Source: an uncultured bacterium (GTDB taxonomy: Bacteria; Verrucomicrobiota; Verrucomicrobiia; Limisphaerales; UBA11358). Taken from it: 64,000 nt of DNA. The stretch's first letter is position 1; each line of letters starts with the position of its first letter. The notes under the pieces were generated by a model that searched no databases, had not been told where the DNA came from, and saw nothing but the letters and a program-made list of their open reading frames with translations. The position numbers were made by a program, and so were the translations under genes. Where the stretch lies: contig CAVRPQ010000004.1 in the NCBI GenBank assembly GCA_963723125.1, forward strand, positions 230,644 to 294,643, read 5' to 3'. Below are positions 54,676 to 62,272 of the stretch, in pieces.

Positions 54676-54767
54676 GGCGCGTTGCCAGAGCGGTTTAATG
54701 GAGCGGACTGTAAATCCGCTGACGGTGTAAGGAGCACCGTCCGTCCGTCCGAATCGGACACGCGCCG
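54676..54767 (+). tRNA. Class-II tRNA-Tyr(GTA)-like gene, no encoded CCA, atypical T-loop
   Basis: My manual fold is as follows. The acceptor stem is GGCGCGT/ACGCGCC (7 bp). U8 is present, the D arm is CCA(G)-AGCGGTTTA-(A)TGG, and the anticodon arm is GCGGA-CTGTAAA-TCCGC. The variable arm is GACGGTG-TAAGGAG-CACCGTC and the T arm is GTCCG-TCCGAAT-CGGAC. The D and anticodon regions parallel E. coli tRNA-Tyr. Confidence 0.55.
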
Positions 54768-54814
54768 CTCGTCTATTACGATAACAAAGCCCTCGTTTAG
54801 ATTCAAGAATTTTT

Positions 54815-55047
54815 ATGAATAAATTAACGACGGCGGAAAGAGCCAAGATAATCAACTGCCTTGTTGAAGGTTGCTCGCTGAGAGCCGCGCAGCGCATGAC
54901 GGGTTTTGCCAAAAAAACCGTCGCCCGATTGCAGGTTGAAATCGGGCAGGCATGCGCCGCATACAGCGACAAAATCATGCGGAACCTGCCATGCAAGGTT
55001 GTTCAGGTGGACGAGGTTTGGACATTCACCTATTGCAAGCAGGCGAA
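54815..55047 (+). pseudogene. IS1-family transposase, first 77 codons only (cut by the duplication junction)
   Basis: It is identical to the start of 56489..57328 up to ...FTYCKQANI, then joins methyltransferase sequence. Confidence 0.8.
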
Positions 55048-55319
55048 TATCTTCATCCTAAATTGCCAGATAAGAAGTTCGACATTATTTACGCTGACCC
55101 ACCGTGGGATTACAACGGCAAGTTCCAATTCGACAAAAGCAGTAAGAGCGCCGATGAGATTGATTTGTCCCGTAACATTTTTATCAGTTCAGCCGTTTTC
55201 AAATACCCGACATTGAAGCTCGAACAACTGGTTCAAATTCCCATACAGGAGATTGCAAAAGATGATTGCCTTTTATTCATGTGGACGACCGGCCCGCAAC
55301 TGGTTCATGCCATTGTAGA
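55048..55319 (+). pseudogene. Second copy of the MT-A70 fragment, lacking its own start
   Basis: This is duplication copy 2. It is fused in a different frame to the transposase stub (chimeric ORFs 54815..55216 and 54952..55665). Confidence 0.6.
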
Positions 55320-55515
55320 TTTGCTTCTCTACGTCAGGCGGCAGTTCAATATCAGCGTAGATGTTCTTGAATTCATTTGGCTTTCCACGAACCCGAAAGT
55401 TGGTGTCCTGAAACGCCTGTTGCATCACCGTGAAGAAAGATTTTTCGGCATGACCGGCATTTTCACCGCTGTAGTCCTGCCATGTGCCCCGACCGCTCAG
55501 TTCACTTTTTCCCAT
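55273..55515 (-). pseudogene. Second copy of the putative endonuclease stub
   Basis: Its translation is identical to 53599..53841. Confidence 0.35.
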
Positions 55516-55518
55516 AGG

Positions 55519-55731
55519 TCAGAATTTCAGGAGTTGGTCAATCGGAACGCCGAGGGCTTTGGCAATTTTCTCAATGTTTTCCAACGTGATATTTTTCTCG
55601 GCACGTTCAATCATTCCGATATACGTGCGATGAACCCCGGCGCATTCGGCAAGCTCCTCTTGTGACCAATGCAATGCGGCCCGTCTCTCGCGCACTTTTT
55701 TCCCAAATTTCAAGAGGACATTGCTTTTCAC
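55519..55731 (-). CDS. Second copy of the C-protein-type HTH gene
   Basis: Its translation is identical to 53845..54057. Confidence 0.75.
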   Translation of the reverse strand: MKSNVLLKFGKKVRERRAALHWSQEELAECAGVHRTYIGMIERAEKNITLENIEKIAKALGVPIDQLLKF

Positions 55732-55915
55732 AGAAAATGAACTTTACGGATTCGCTAACTGTGGTTCTACATACTAAAGTTAGCGATTTTGAAAGCTCCA
55801 AACCTCTTAGAATGGCTAAAAACATGAAATTCTTCCATTTTCAGCCCTTAAAAAATAATGGAAGAAAATGGAAGATTTTGGTTGACGGCGGCTGTAATTT
55901 TGGTAAATTGGCCTC

Positions 55916-56296
55916 ATGTTAAACACGAACATTGTCATAGACCGGCAGACGTTAGAGGACACCATAAGTGACCTGTCCGAATCAAAAGAACTTCTCTCGC
56001 GTGAGCGGGACAGCATAGACAAGCGCATTACTGCGCTCAATGACAGGATAACGTCTTTGAAGTTGAAACTTGAACAGTCCGCCAGAGCAAGCAACGGAAA
56101 ATCGCCCCGGCTGCGCAAAGGTGAAGGCGTGAATGGCATTTTGAAAGTGTTGACCGGCGAAAATGGGATTGGATTAAGTCAGGCTCAAATTGCCGAAAAG
56201 ACTGGTATTTCCGGGGCTTCGGTATATCGCACGCTGACTAAAAACCCGGACAAGTTTGTGCGTGGAACTGATGATTTATGGAGATTGAAAAAATAA
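55916..56296 (+). CDS. Second copy of the coiled-coil/winged-helix protein gene
   Basis: Its translation is identical to 54242..54622. Confidence 0.55.
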   Translation: MLNTNIVIDRQTLEDTISDLSESKELLSRERDSIDKRITALNDRITSLKLKLEQSARASNGKSPRLRKGEGVNGILKVLTGENGIGLSQAQIAEKTGISGASVYRTLTKNPDKFVRGTDDLWRLKK

Positions 56297-56349
56297 CGAA
56301 AAGACCAGCGGGTGCTTTCGAGGGCGGCTCGCTGGTCAATTTTTCGGGT

Positions 56350-56441
56350 GGCGCGTTGCCAGAGCGGTTTAATGGAGCGGACTGTAAATCCGCTGACGGT
56401 GTAAGGAGCACCGTCCGTCCGTCCGAATCGGACACGCGCCG
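56350..56441 (+). tRNA. Second copy of the tRNA-Tyr(GTA)-like gene
   Basis: This is duplication copy 2 of 54676..54767. Confidence 0.55.
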
Positions 56442-56488
56442 CTCGTCTATTACGATAACAAAGCCCTCGTTTAGATTCAAGAATTTTT

Positions 56489-57328
56489 ATGAATAAATTA
56501 ACGACGGCGGAAAGAGCCAAGATAATCAACTGCCTTGTTGAAGGTTGCTCGCTGAGAGCCGCGCAGCGCATGACGGGTTTTGCCAAAAAAACCGTCGCCC
56601 GATTGCAGGTTGAAATCGGGCAGGCATGCGCCGCATACAGCGACAAAATCATGCGGAACCTGCCATGCAAGGTTGTTCAGGTGGACGAGGTTTGGACATT
56701 CACCTATTGCAAGCAGGCGAATATCCCAGAGCGTTTTCAGGGTGATGAAAGCATCGGCGACACTTGGACGTGGATTGCCATTGATGCCGACAGCAAACTG
56801 ATCCCAAGCTGGCATATTGGAAAACGGGACGCGACCGCCGCATATCACTTCATTCACGATTTAGCGGGGCGGCTGGCGCATCGCGTGCAACTTACCAGTG
56901 ATGGCCACAGGCCATATCTGGAAGCCGTTGAATCTGCGTTTGGCGCGGAGATTGATTATTCGATGTTGGTGAAATTGTATGGGCATGACTTGTCGCCAGA
57001 AGCCCGTTATTCGCCGCCAAAGTGCATTGGGGCGCGTCGCCGCAGGATTATCGGCAATCCAGACCGCAATCGTATTTCAACGTCATTTGTGGAACGACAA
57101 AACTTGACCCTCCGCATGAGCAGCCGCCGGTTCACACGACTGACCAATGCCTTCAGCAAGAAACTGGAAAATCACAAGTGGGGATGCGCCTTGTATTTCT
57201 TCCATTACAATTTCTGCCGGATTCACCAAACATTGCGTGTAACGCCAGCGATGGAAGCTGGTATCACCGACCATGTTTGGAGTTTGGAAGAAATTGCAAA
57301 CCTGCTAGAACAACCAGTAACCGCATGA
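56489..57328 (+). CDS. IS1-family (single-ORF type) DDE transposase
   Basis: It has an HTH N-terminus, then VQVDEVWTF...WTWIAIDADSKL...LTSDGHRPY...FVERQNLTLRMSSRRFTRLTNAFSKKLENH...YNFCRIHQTL. This parallels InsB blocks (DE.W, TDG..Y, ERhNLnLRq...R.t..FSK). Confidence 0.85.
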   Translation: MNKLTTAERAKIINCLVEGCSLRAAQRMTGFAKKTVARLQVEIGQACAAYSDKIMRNLPCKVVQVDEVWTFTYCKQANIPERFQGDESIGDTWTWIAIDADSKLIPSWHIGKRDATAAYHFIHDLAGRLAHRVQLTSDGHRPYLEAVESAFGAEIDYSMLVKLYGHDLSPEARYSPPKCIGARRRRIIGNPDRNRISTSFVERQNLTLRMSSRRFTRLTNAFSKKLENHKWGCALYFFHYNFCRIHQTLRVTPAMEAGITDHVWSLEEIANLLEQPVTA

Positions 57329-58071
57329 AAGAATTAATTAAAATCTACAATCAAGGCTCTGATTTGATGGCCGATTCTCGCGCCGTTGCCAAGCTTTTTG
57401 GAGTTCAACACGAAAGCCTTCGCAGACTCATTGAAGAACACGCGGCCCAGATTGAACAATTAGGGGTTTTCCGATTTGAAATCGGGAAACCTCCGGCTGG
57501 CTCTTTGGGCGGACGGCCAGAGAGGTTTTGCTACTTGAATTTCGACCAGATTGCGCTTCTGCTGATGTTGTCAAAGCCGACCGATGTAACCAAAGATTTT
57601 CGGCTTCGCCTTATTATTGCGTTCCGCGATGCCAGAAAAAGATTACGTCCGATTGACCGTGCGCTCCTTTCCATGCCGGACGACTGGCGGAAAACCTTTC
57701 CAGATGACTTTTACGCGGCATTGCTGAAACTTTATGGGGATAGATATGAGAAATCGGAAAACAAACCGAGCTGGGTTGGCCGATGGACAAACCGTTTTAT
57801 TTACGATCCGCTTTTTGCGGGACTTCCAGATGAGCTAAAACGGAGACGCGAGATTCATGGCTGGGAAAGCGGAGCGGTTTCATGGAATAAACTTCATCAA
57901 TTTATTGAAAAGCACGCCAAGAAGAATTTAGAAAAGCACCTTATCAAAGTTACTGGGCTTTTGGAAGCGGCTACGAATCCGGCGCATTTCTTGGAATTGT
58001 TCGCTTCCGTTTTCTACGGTCACAAACAGCTTTTGCTGCTTGGCCAAAACCTGCCAGATGAATTTGCGTGA
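57325..58071 (+). CDS. Phage-type regulatory protein (Rha-like N-terminus, P63C-like C-terminal domain)
   Basis: The N-terminus is LMADSRAVAKLFGVQHESLRRLIEEH...GRPERFCYLNFDQIALLL. The C-terminus is FPDDFYAALLKLYG...GRWTNRFIYDPL...HQFIEKHAKKNLEKHLIKV. Its ATG overlaps the transposase TGA (ATGA). Confidence 0.6.
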   Translation: MKELIKIYNQGSDLMADSRAVAKLFGVQHESLRRLIEEHAAQIEQLGVFRFEIGKPPAGSLGGRPERFCYLNFDQIALLLMLSKPTDVTKDFRLRLIIAFRDARKRLRPIDRALLSMPDDWRKTFPDDFYAALLKLYGDRYEKSENKPSWVGRWTNRFIYDPLFAGLPDELKRRREIHGWESGAVSWNKLHQFIEKHAKKNLEKHLIKVTGLLEAATNPAHFLELFASVFYGHKQLLLLGQNLPDEFA

Positions 58072-58076
58072 ATTTG

Positions 58077-58093
58077 AAAGTAGCCCACTACCC
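58077..58093 (-). repeat. Right terminal inverted repeat of the IS1-family element
   Basis: AAAGTAGCCCACTACCC is the reverse complement of 53028-53044. Confidence 0.7.
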
Positions 58094-58272
58094 AGCGATT
58101 CGTTTAACAACCGTTCCCGTTCGACCGATTTGGCGTCGCTGCCCGTCCGGGAAATCTTGACGGCCGTCGCCGCCGTCAGCGGGAATTCTTTGACGAGCGT
58201 GCGCAGCAGGATTCCCTCATTCTGGTTCAACTCGTATTTCCACCCTGCCCCGCTCTGTTTGAGCAATCTCAT
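58094..58272 (-). pseudogene. clpS-downstream gene (DUF2017-like by my recollection), only the first ~60 codons left
   Basis: MRLLKQSGAGWKYELNQNEGILLRTLVKEFPL...ERERLLNESL ends exactly where the right IR begins. The remainder of track ORF 57928..58272 is read-through into the element. Confidence 0.4.
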
Positions 58273-58577
58273 TCCGCCGACTCCATGGTGGCTTGCAATT
58301 TATAGCCTTGTAGTTGGTGGACATAAAACTCGGCCCTCTCCGCGCTTTCACGGACCAGCACGCTCTTGCCTTTTTCATGCACCTCCAGCATGTGTTTCTC
58401 CGCCTTCTGCCGGTTCCAGCCAAACACCTTCATAAAAACGTGCGTCACGTATACCATCAGATTGACCGGGTCATTCCAACAAATGACAAGAAACGTGGGC
58501 GCGAGGTTGTCCTTGCTGCGGGTCTTTTTGCCGGTGGTCGGCTTCGGGATGGTGACAGGCTCCAGAACGTGCGGCAT
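58269..58577 (-). CDS. clpS: ATP-dependent Clp protease adaptor ClpS
   Basis: FLVICWNDPVNLMVYVTHVFMKVFGWNRQKAEKHMLEVHEKGKSVL matches the ClpS core pattern. Confidence 0.8.
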   Translation of the reverse strand: MPHVLEPVTIPKPTTGKKTRSKDNLAPTFLVICWNDPVNLMVYVTHVFMKVFGWNRQKAEKHMLEVHEKGKSVLVRESAERAEFYVHQLQGYKLQATMESAE

Positions 58578-58666
58578 AATTTTTCAACGGCTTAATTTGG
58601 AGCAGCCGACCGGGTCTGGCCAGCTTTTTCAACCGCAAAGAACGGGTATATGGTTAAATTACCGGT

Positions 58667-59611
58667 TTATTGTTTCTCGTACTGCTGCCGGATTCCGGAG
58701 GGTAGATCCCGAAAATAAACCTTGGTCATCGCCCAGTCGCCGTGCGCCGGGGTATAACTGATGACGATGGCGTCGGCCATCACTTTCTGCACCTCCACAT
58801 TTTTATAGATGATCCCCGTGGTCGTCACCAGTTCATTGGCCGGTCTCACCTGCCCCGATGAACCTGATGGCAATTGTGGCGTTGCCGGCGCCGCGGCCGG
58901 CGGAGTGCTGGCCGGCAACATCACCGGCCCCGGAGTGGCAACCGGAACGACAGCAACCGAAGCTGCCACCGCAGGAGCAGTGGAAACTTTGGGAGCCGGC
59001 GCGACTGCCTCCGGAGCAGAGGAAAGCGGAGCAACCGCGGCGGGAGCCATCGCTGGAGTTACTGCCTCCGGAACTTCCGCAGTGGGGGCCTCCGTTACCG
59101 GCTTGGCCGCGGCAGAAGGTTCATGGGAAGGGGCAATCATTGGAGGTGTCGCCGTCGTTGCCATGGAATTGGTAACTGATGGTGGCTGGGCTTCCGGGGC
59201 GCTCAGCTCGTTCATTTTTTGGTTCAAAGCTGCGAGGGCAGCGGCCTGGGCCGAAGGATTGGCAGCAGGAATCTTCTGGGCAAAATCGGCGTCGGCGGGT
59301 GGGGTCGAAGCGGGCGCGGCTTTGGCAGGAACGACCGCGACCGGAACTTTAGTCGCCAGAGTTGCCGTGGCGGAGGCTGCGTTGGTCACATTGGTGATGG
59401 ATCCAGCGGGCTGTGCCATTGCCGTCATGGAATTTGTATCCGGTGGCGGCTGGGCTTCCGGGTGATCCAACTGATAGAGTTTTTGCTCGAGCGCCGCGCG
59501 CGCGGCGGCCTGGTCAGCCGTATCATCCGCGCGAATGGAGATGCCACTCGCAACCAGGGCGACGCACAAAATCATAAAGGGGCCGGCTTTCATGAAATGT
59601 TCTGTCTTCAT
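58667..59611 (-). CDS. Secreted Ala/Pro-rich low-complexity protein with a conserved ~55-aa C-terminal domain
   Basis: It has a signal peptide. There is an internal duplication (ALEQKLYQLDHPEAQPPPDTNSM / ALNQKMNELSAPEAQPPSVTNSM). The structured tail is LVTTTGIIYKNVEVQKVMADAIVISYTPAHGDWAMTKVYFRDLPSGIRQQY. Confidence 0.5.
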   Translation of the reverse strand: MKTEHFMKAGPFMILCVALVASGISIRADDTADQAAARAALEQKLYQLDHPEAQPPPDTNSMTAMAQPAGSITNVTNAASATATLATKVPVAVVPAKAAPASTPPADADFAQKIPAANPSAQAAALAALNQKMNELSAPEAQPPSVTNSMATTATPPMIAPSHEPSAAAKPVTEAPTAEVPEAVTPAMAPAAVAPLSSAPEAVAPAPKVSTAPAVAASVAVVPVATPGPVMLPASTPPAAAPATPQLPSGSSGQVRPANELVTTTGIIYKNVEVQKVMADAIVISYTPAHGDWAMTKVYFRDLPSGIRQQYEKQ

Positions 59612-59935
59612 CCGCGTCTGTATGCATATTTAAGGCCAATCTGTGGCCGGCTTCAAGCCTGGTCTCCGATTTCAAGATTCGGTAGGGCGGGCAGTCCCTT
59701 GCCCACCGCATATGCAGGCAACAACGCGACAGAGTGACGCGCCCTGCCGAAAGGAGTCCACTGCCTAATTTTCTTGCTCTTGCACGTTGAAGCGGGTTGA
59801 TTATGGGCAGGAGCCGGTCGGGCGAATCGGGAGACTGGAAAAGTCAATCCGCTCGAGGAACACCAAATGCAGGCCTGCCGGAGTTTAACGGTCACGGATG
59901 CTTGCCAGCGAATCAGGACCCATTAGGATGCCGTC

Positions 59936-61630
59936 GTGAAATTAAATCAGTGGTTTTTGTTTTTAATGTTGAGCGTCGCAGTTGCTCAACCAACTCCTGG
60001 TTCGTTCCCGGTCGCACACAGCGGGACAACGGACGCATTCAAAGACAAAACCGTCGAACTTCAATCGGAGGATGCAGACGCTTACGTCCTTCGCGGCGCC
60101 GTCAAGGCGGACAAAGGTGATCTGGACGGCGCCATCGCCGACGACACCAAAGCCATCGAACTCAAGCCGGATGATGCGGACGCCTATGTTAATCGGGGCA
60201 TTGCGAAGCGGGCCAAAGGCGACTTGGACGGCGCCATTGCCGACAGTACCAGGGCCATCGAACTGAAACCGGATGATGCAGAGGCCTGCGTTCTTCGCAG
60301 TGCGGCGAAGATGGACAAAGGCGATCTGGACGGCGCCATTGCCGACGCCAGCAAAGCCATCAAACTCAAACCGGATGATTTGAACGCCTATGTCAATCGA
60401 GGCATTGCAAAGAAAGCCAGGGGCGATCTGGACGGCGCCATTGCCGATGCCAGCAAAGCCATTAAACTCAAACCGGATGCGGTGAAAGCGTACATTCTTC
60501 GCAGCGCGGCGAGGGCAGTCAAAGGCGACCTGGATGGCGCCATCGCCGACAGCACCAAAGCCATCGAACTCAAACCGGACAATGTGGAGGCCTATGTCAA
60601 TCGGGGCGTTGCGAAATTAGCCAAACGCGAGCCGGATGCCGCCATCGCGGACTTTACCAAAGCCATCGAACTCAAACCGGATGATGTGGATGCCTACATC
60701 AATCGCGGCATTGCGAAGCGGGCCAAAGGCGACCTGGACGGCGCCATCGCCGACAGCACCAAAGCCATCGAGCTTAAGTCGCATGTTTCGGAGGTCAATG
60801 CCGGTCGGAACACTGCGACAGGAAGCAAAGGCAACTTGGACGTAGCCTTGGCAAACACCGCCAAAGCCAGCGAGCCCCAACCAGACAACGCAGAGGCCAA
60901 CGCCAATCAGGACGTTGCGAAAGGAGGCAAAGGCGATTCGGATGTCGCCGCGGCAAGTGGCACCAAAGCCAGCGAACTGAACTCGCGCGATGCGGGGGCC
61001 TACGACAATCGAGATAATGCGAAGGGAGGCAAAAGCAGTTTGAACCCCGCCCTGCCAGGCAGCACCCAGGCCAGCGAAGTTAAACCGGAAGATGCGGAAG
61101 CCTATGTCAATCGTGGCGTTGCGAGATTAGCCAAACGCGACCTGGACGGCGCCATCGCCGATTTCAGCCGGGCTATCGAGTCCAAACCGGAAGACGCGGA
61201 CGCCTACGTCAATCGCGGTGTTGCGAAACTGGCCAAAGGCGATGCGGACGCGGCCATCGTGGACTTCACCAAAGCCCTTGAACTCAAACCGGATGATGCG
61301 ATTGGCCACTATTTTCTGGGTTTTTGCTATGCCAACGGCGAAGGTGTGAAAAAGGATGCGGTGGCCGCGGTGCGAATGTATCGCCAGGCCGCCGGGCAGA
61401 ATCTCGCTCAAGCTCAATGGCGGTTGGGTCTCTGTTACTATAAGGGTGAAGGCGTGGCCAGGGATGTGGTTGAGGCGTATGTGTGGTTCAGCCTGGCGGC
61501 CCGGACAGATTCAGAGGCAGCCAGGAGCCGCGACCAACTGGAGAGGGAGTTGACTCCCCAACAATTAAAGGCCGCGCAAAAGCGCACCAGAGCGTTGCAA
61601 TCGCAAATCGAGGCCGGGTTCAAACTTTGA
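59936..61630 (+). CDS. Secreted TPR-repeat protein with C-terminal Sel1-like repeats
   Basis: It has at least 12 units of GDLDGAIADxTKAIELKPDDADAYVNRGIAKRAK (102-bp DNA period). The tail is GHYFLGFCYANGEGVKKD...WRLGLCYYKGEGVARD. The start codon is GTG. Confidence 0.8.
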   Translation: MKLNQWFLFLMLSVAVAQPTPGSFPVAHSGTTDAFKDKTVELQSEDADAYVLRGAVKADKGDLDGAIADDTKAIELKPDDADAYVNRGIAKRAKGDLDGAIADSTRAIELKPDDAEACVLRSAAKMDKGDLDGAIADASKAIKLKPDDLNAYVNRGIAKKARGDLDGAIADASKAIKLKPDAVKAYILRSAARAVKGDLDGAIADSTKAIELKPDNVEAYVNRGVAKLAKREPDAAIADFTKAIELKPDDVDAYINRGIAKRAKGDLDGAIADSTKAIELKSHVSEVNAGRNTATGSKGNLDVALANTAKASEPQPDNAEANANQDVAKGGKGDSDVAAASGTKASELNSRDAGAYDNRDNAKGGKSSLNPALPGSTQASEVKPEDAEAYVNRGVARLAKRDLDGAIADFSRAIESKPEDADAYVNRGVAKLAKGDADAAIVDFTKALELKPDDAIGHYFLGFCYANGEGVKKDAVAAVRMYRQAAGQNLAQAQWRLGLCYYKGEGVARDVVEAYVWFSLAARTDSEAARSRDQLERELTPQQLKAAQKRTRALQSQIEAGFKL

Positions 61631-61810
61631 CCGACAAGAAAGTCTGGAGCGCCGAGCACCGCCTCGGCGACGTTTGCAGGAAATCGCCTGTTCGTGCCGG
61701 GACAAGTGCCCGGCGCTCCAGCATCAGTGTCAGGATGCACCCAGCCGAAATCACGTCGAACTCGACGCTTTACTTCCTGCCATTTTGGACAAAACTCCCC
61801 ATCACAACTT

Positions 61811-62254
61811 ATGAGCAGATCTTCGCGAACGCCGGGCGTCAGCCGCATTGACCAGGCCGCCAAACGCACTCACGGATTTTTCGTGCGGTTGCAACGCCGG
61901 GGCAAAACCCATTCCGCCTTCTTTACCGACCAAAAGTATGGCGGACGGAAACGGGCGTTGGCCGCGGCACAGAAGCATTACCGGAAATTGCTTGCGAAAT
62001 GGGGGCCGCCGGTGCGAAATCAGCGCCGGCGTTGGGCCGAAATCCGCAGGCGCAAAGGGTCGTCCGGCATTGTCGGTTTGCAGCTAAAAAGAGTACGGCG
62101 CCACGGCGAGGTCAGGAAATATTGGGTGGCGACCTGGAGTCCAAAACCGTATGTCAGCCAGCACAAAGAATTTTCGGTTTGGCGATATGGTTCAAAAAAG
62201 GCCAGGCAATTGGCCGTGCGCGCCCGTCGCGCGGGATTGCGGAATATGCAATAA
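61811..62254 (+). CDS. Small basic protein with two AP2-like DNA-binding repeats (tentative)
   Basis: GFFVRLQRRGKTHSAFFTDQKYGGRKRALAAAQKHY and GLQLKRVRRHGEVRKYWVATWSP...EFSVWRYGSKKARQLAVRAR fit the AP2 beta-sheet-plus-helix pattern. The ATG at 61811 is preferred. Confidence 0.4.
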   Translation: MSRSSRTPGVSRIDQAAKRTHGFFVRLQRRGKTHSAFFTDQKYGGRKRALAAAQKHYRKLLAKWGPPVRNQRRRWAEIRRRKGSSGIVGLQLKRVRRHGEVRKYWVATWSPKPYVSQHKEFSVWRYGSKKARQLAVRARRAGLRNMQ

Positions 62255-62272
62255 TACCAATTTCAGTTTGAT

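Larger units (their letters stand above)
53374..56725 (+). repeat. Apparently perfect tandem duplication, 2 x 1,674 bp (53374-55047 and 55048-56721), with TATC microhomology (56722-56725)
   Basis: Every ORF on both strands recurs with identical translation at an offset of +1674. Junction bases were checked by eye: g53373/a55047 differ, and t55052/c56726 differ. Confidence 0.9.
53028..58093 (+). mobile_element. IS1-family transposon-like element with passenger genes, bounded by 17-bp perfect inverted repeats
   Basis: GGGTAGTGGGCTACTTT at 53028-53044 has its exact reverse complement at 58077-58093. The interior is visibly more AT-rich than the flanks and encodes an IS1-type DDE transposase. 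Confidence 0.6.

Noticed and set aside
54728-54734. A perfect Shine-Dalgarno-like TAAGGAG sits in the variable-arm loop of the tRNA-like gene.
   Set aside because: No start codon with an ORF follows at a suitable distance. I regard it as coincidental.
54911-54917. An A7 run (GCC AAA AAA ACC) in the IS1-family transposase gene looked like a possible IS1-style programmed -1 frameshift site.
   Set aside because: The transposase is already one continuous ORF. The zero frame does not give an X XXY YYZ heptamer, because the preceding codon ends in C. A slip would only truncate the protein. I noted it as a possible transcriptional-slippage site but have no support for that.
53374-56725. I asked whether the 1,674-bp repeat, or the 102-bp repeats at 60.1-61.3 kb, could be a CRISPR array.
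   Set aside because: The 1,674-bp unit is far too long and contains genes. The 102-bp units are contiguous with no spacers and are in-frame TPR codons. No cas genes are present.
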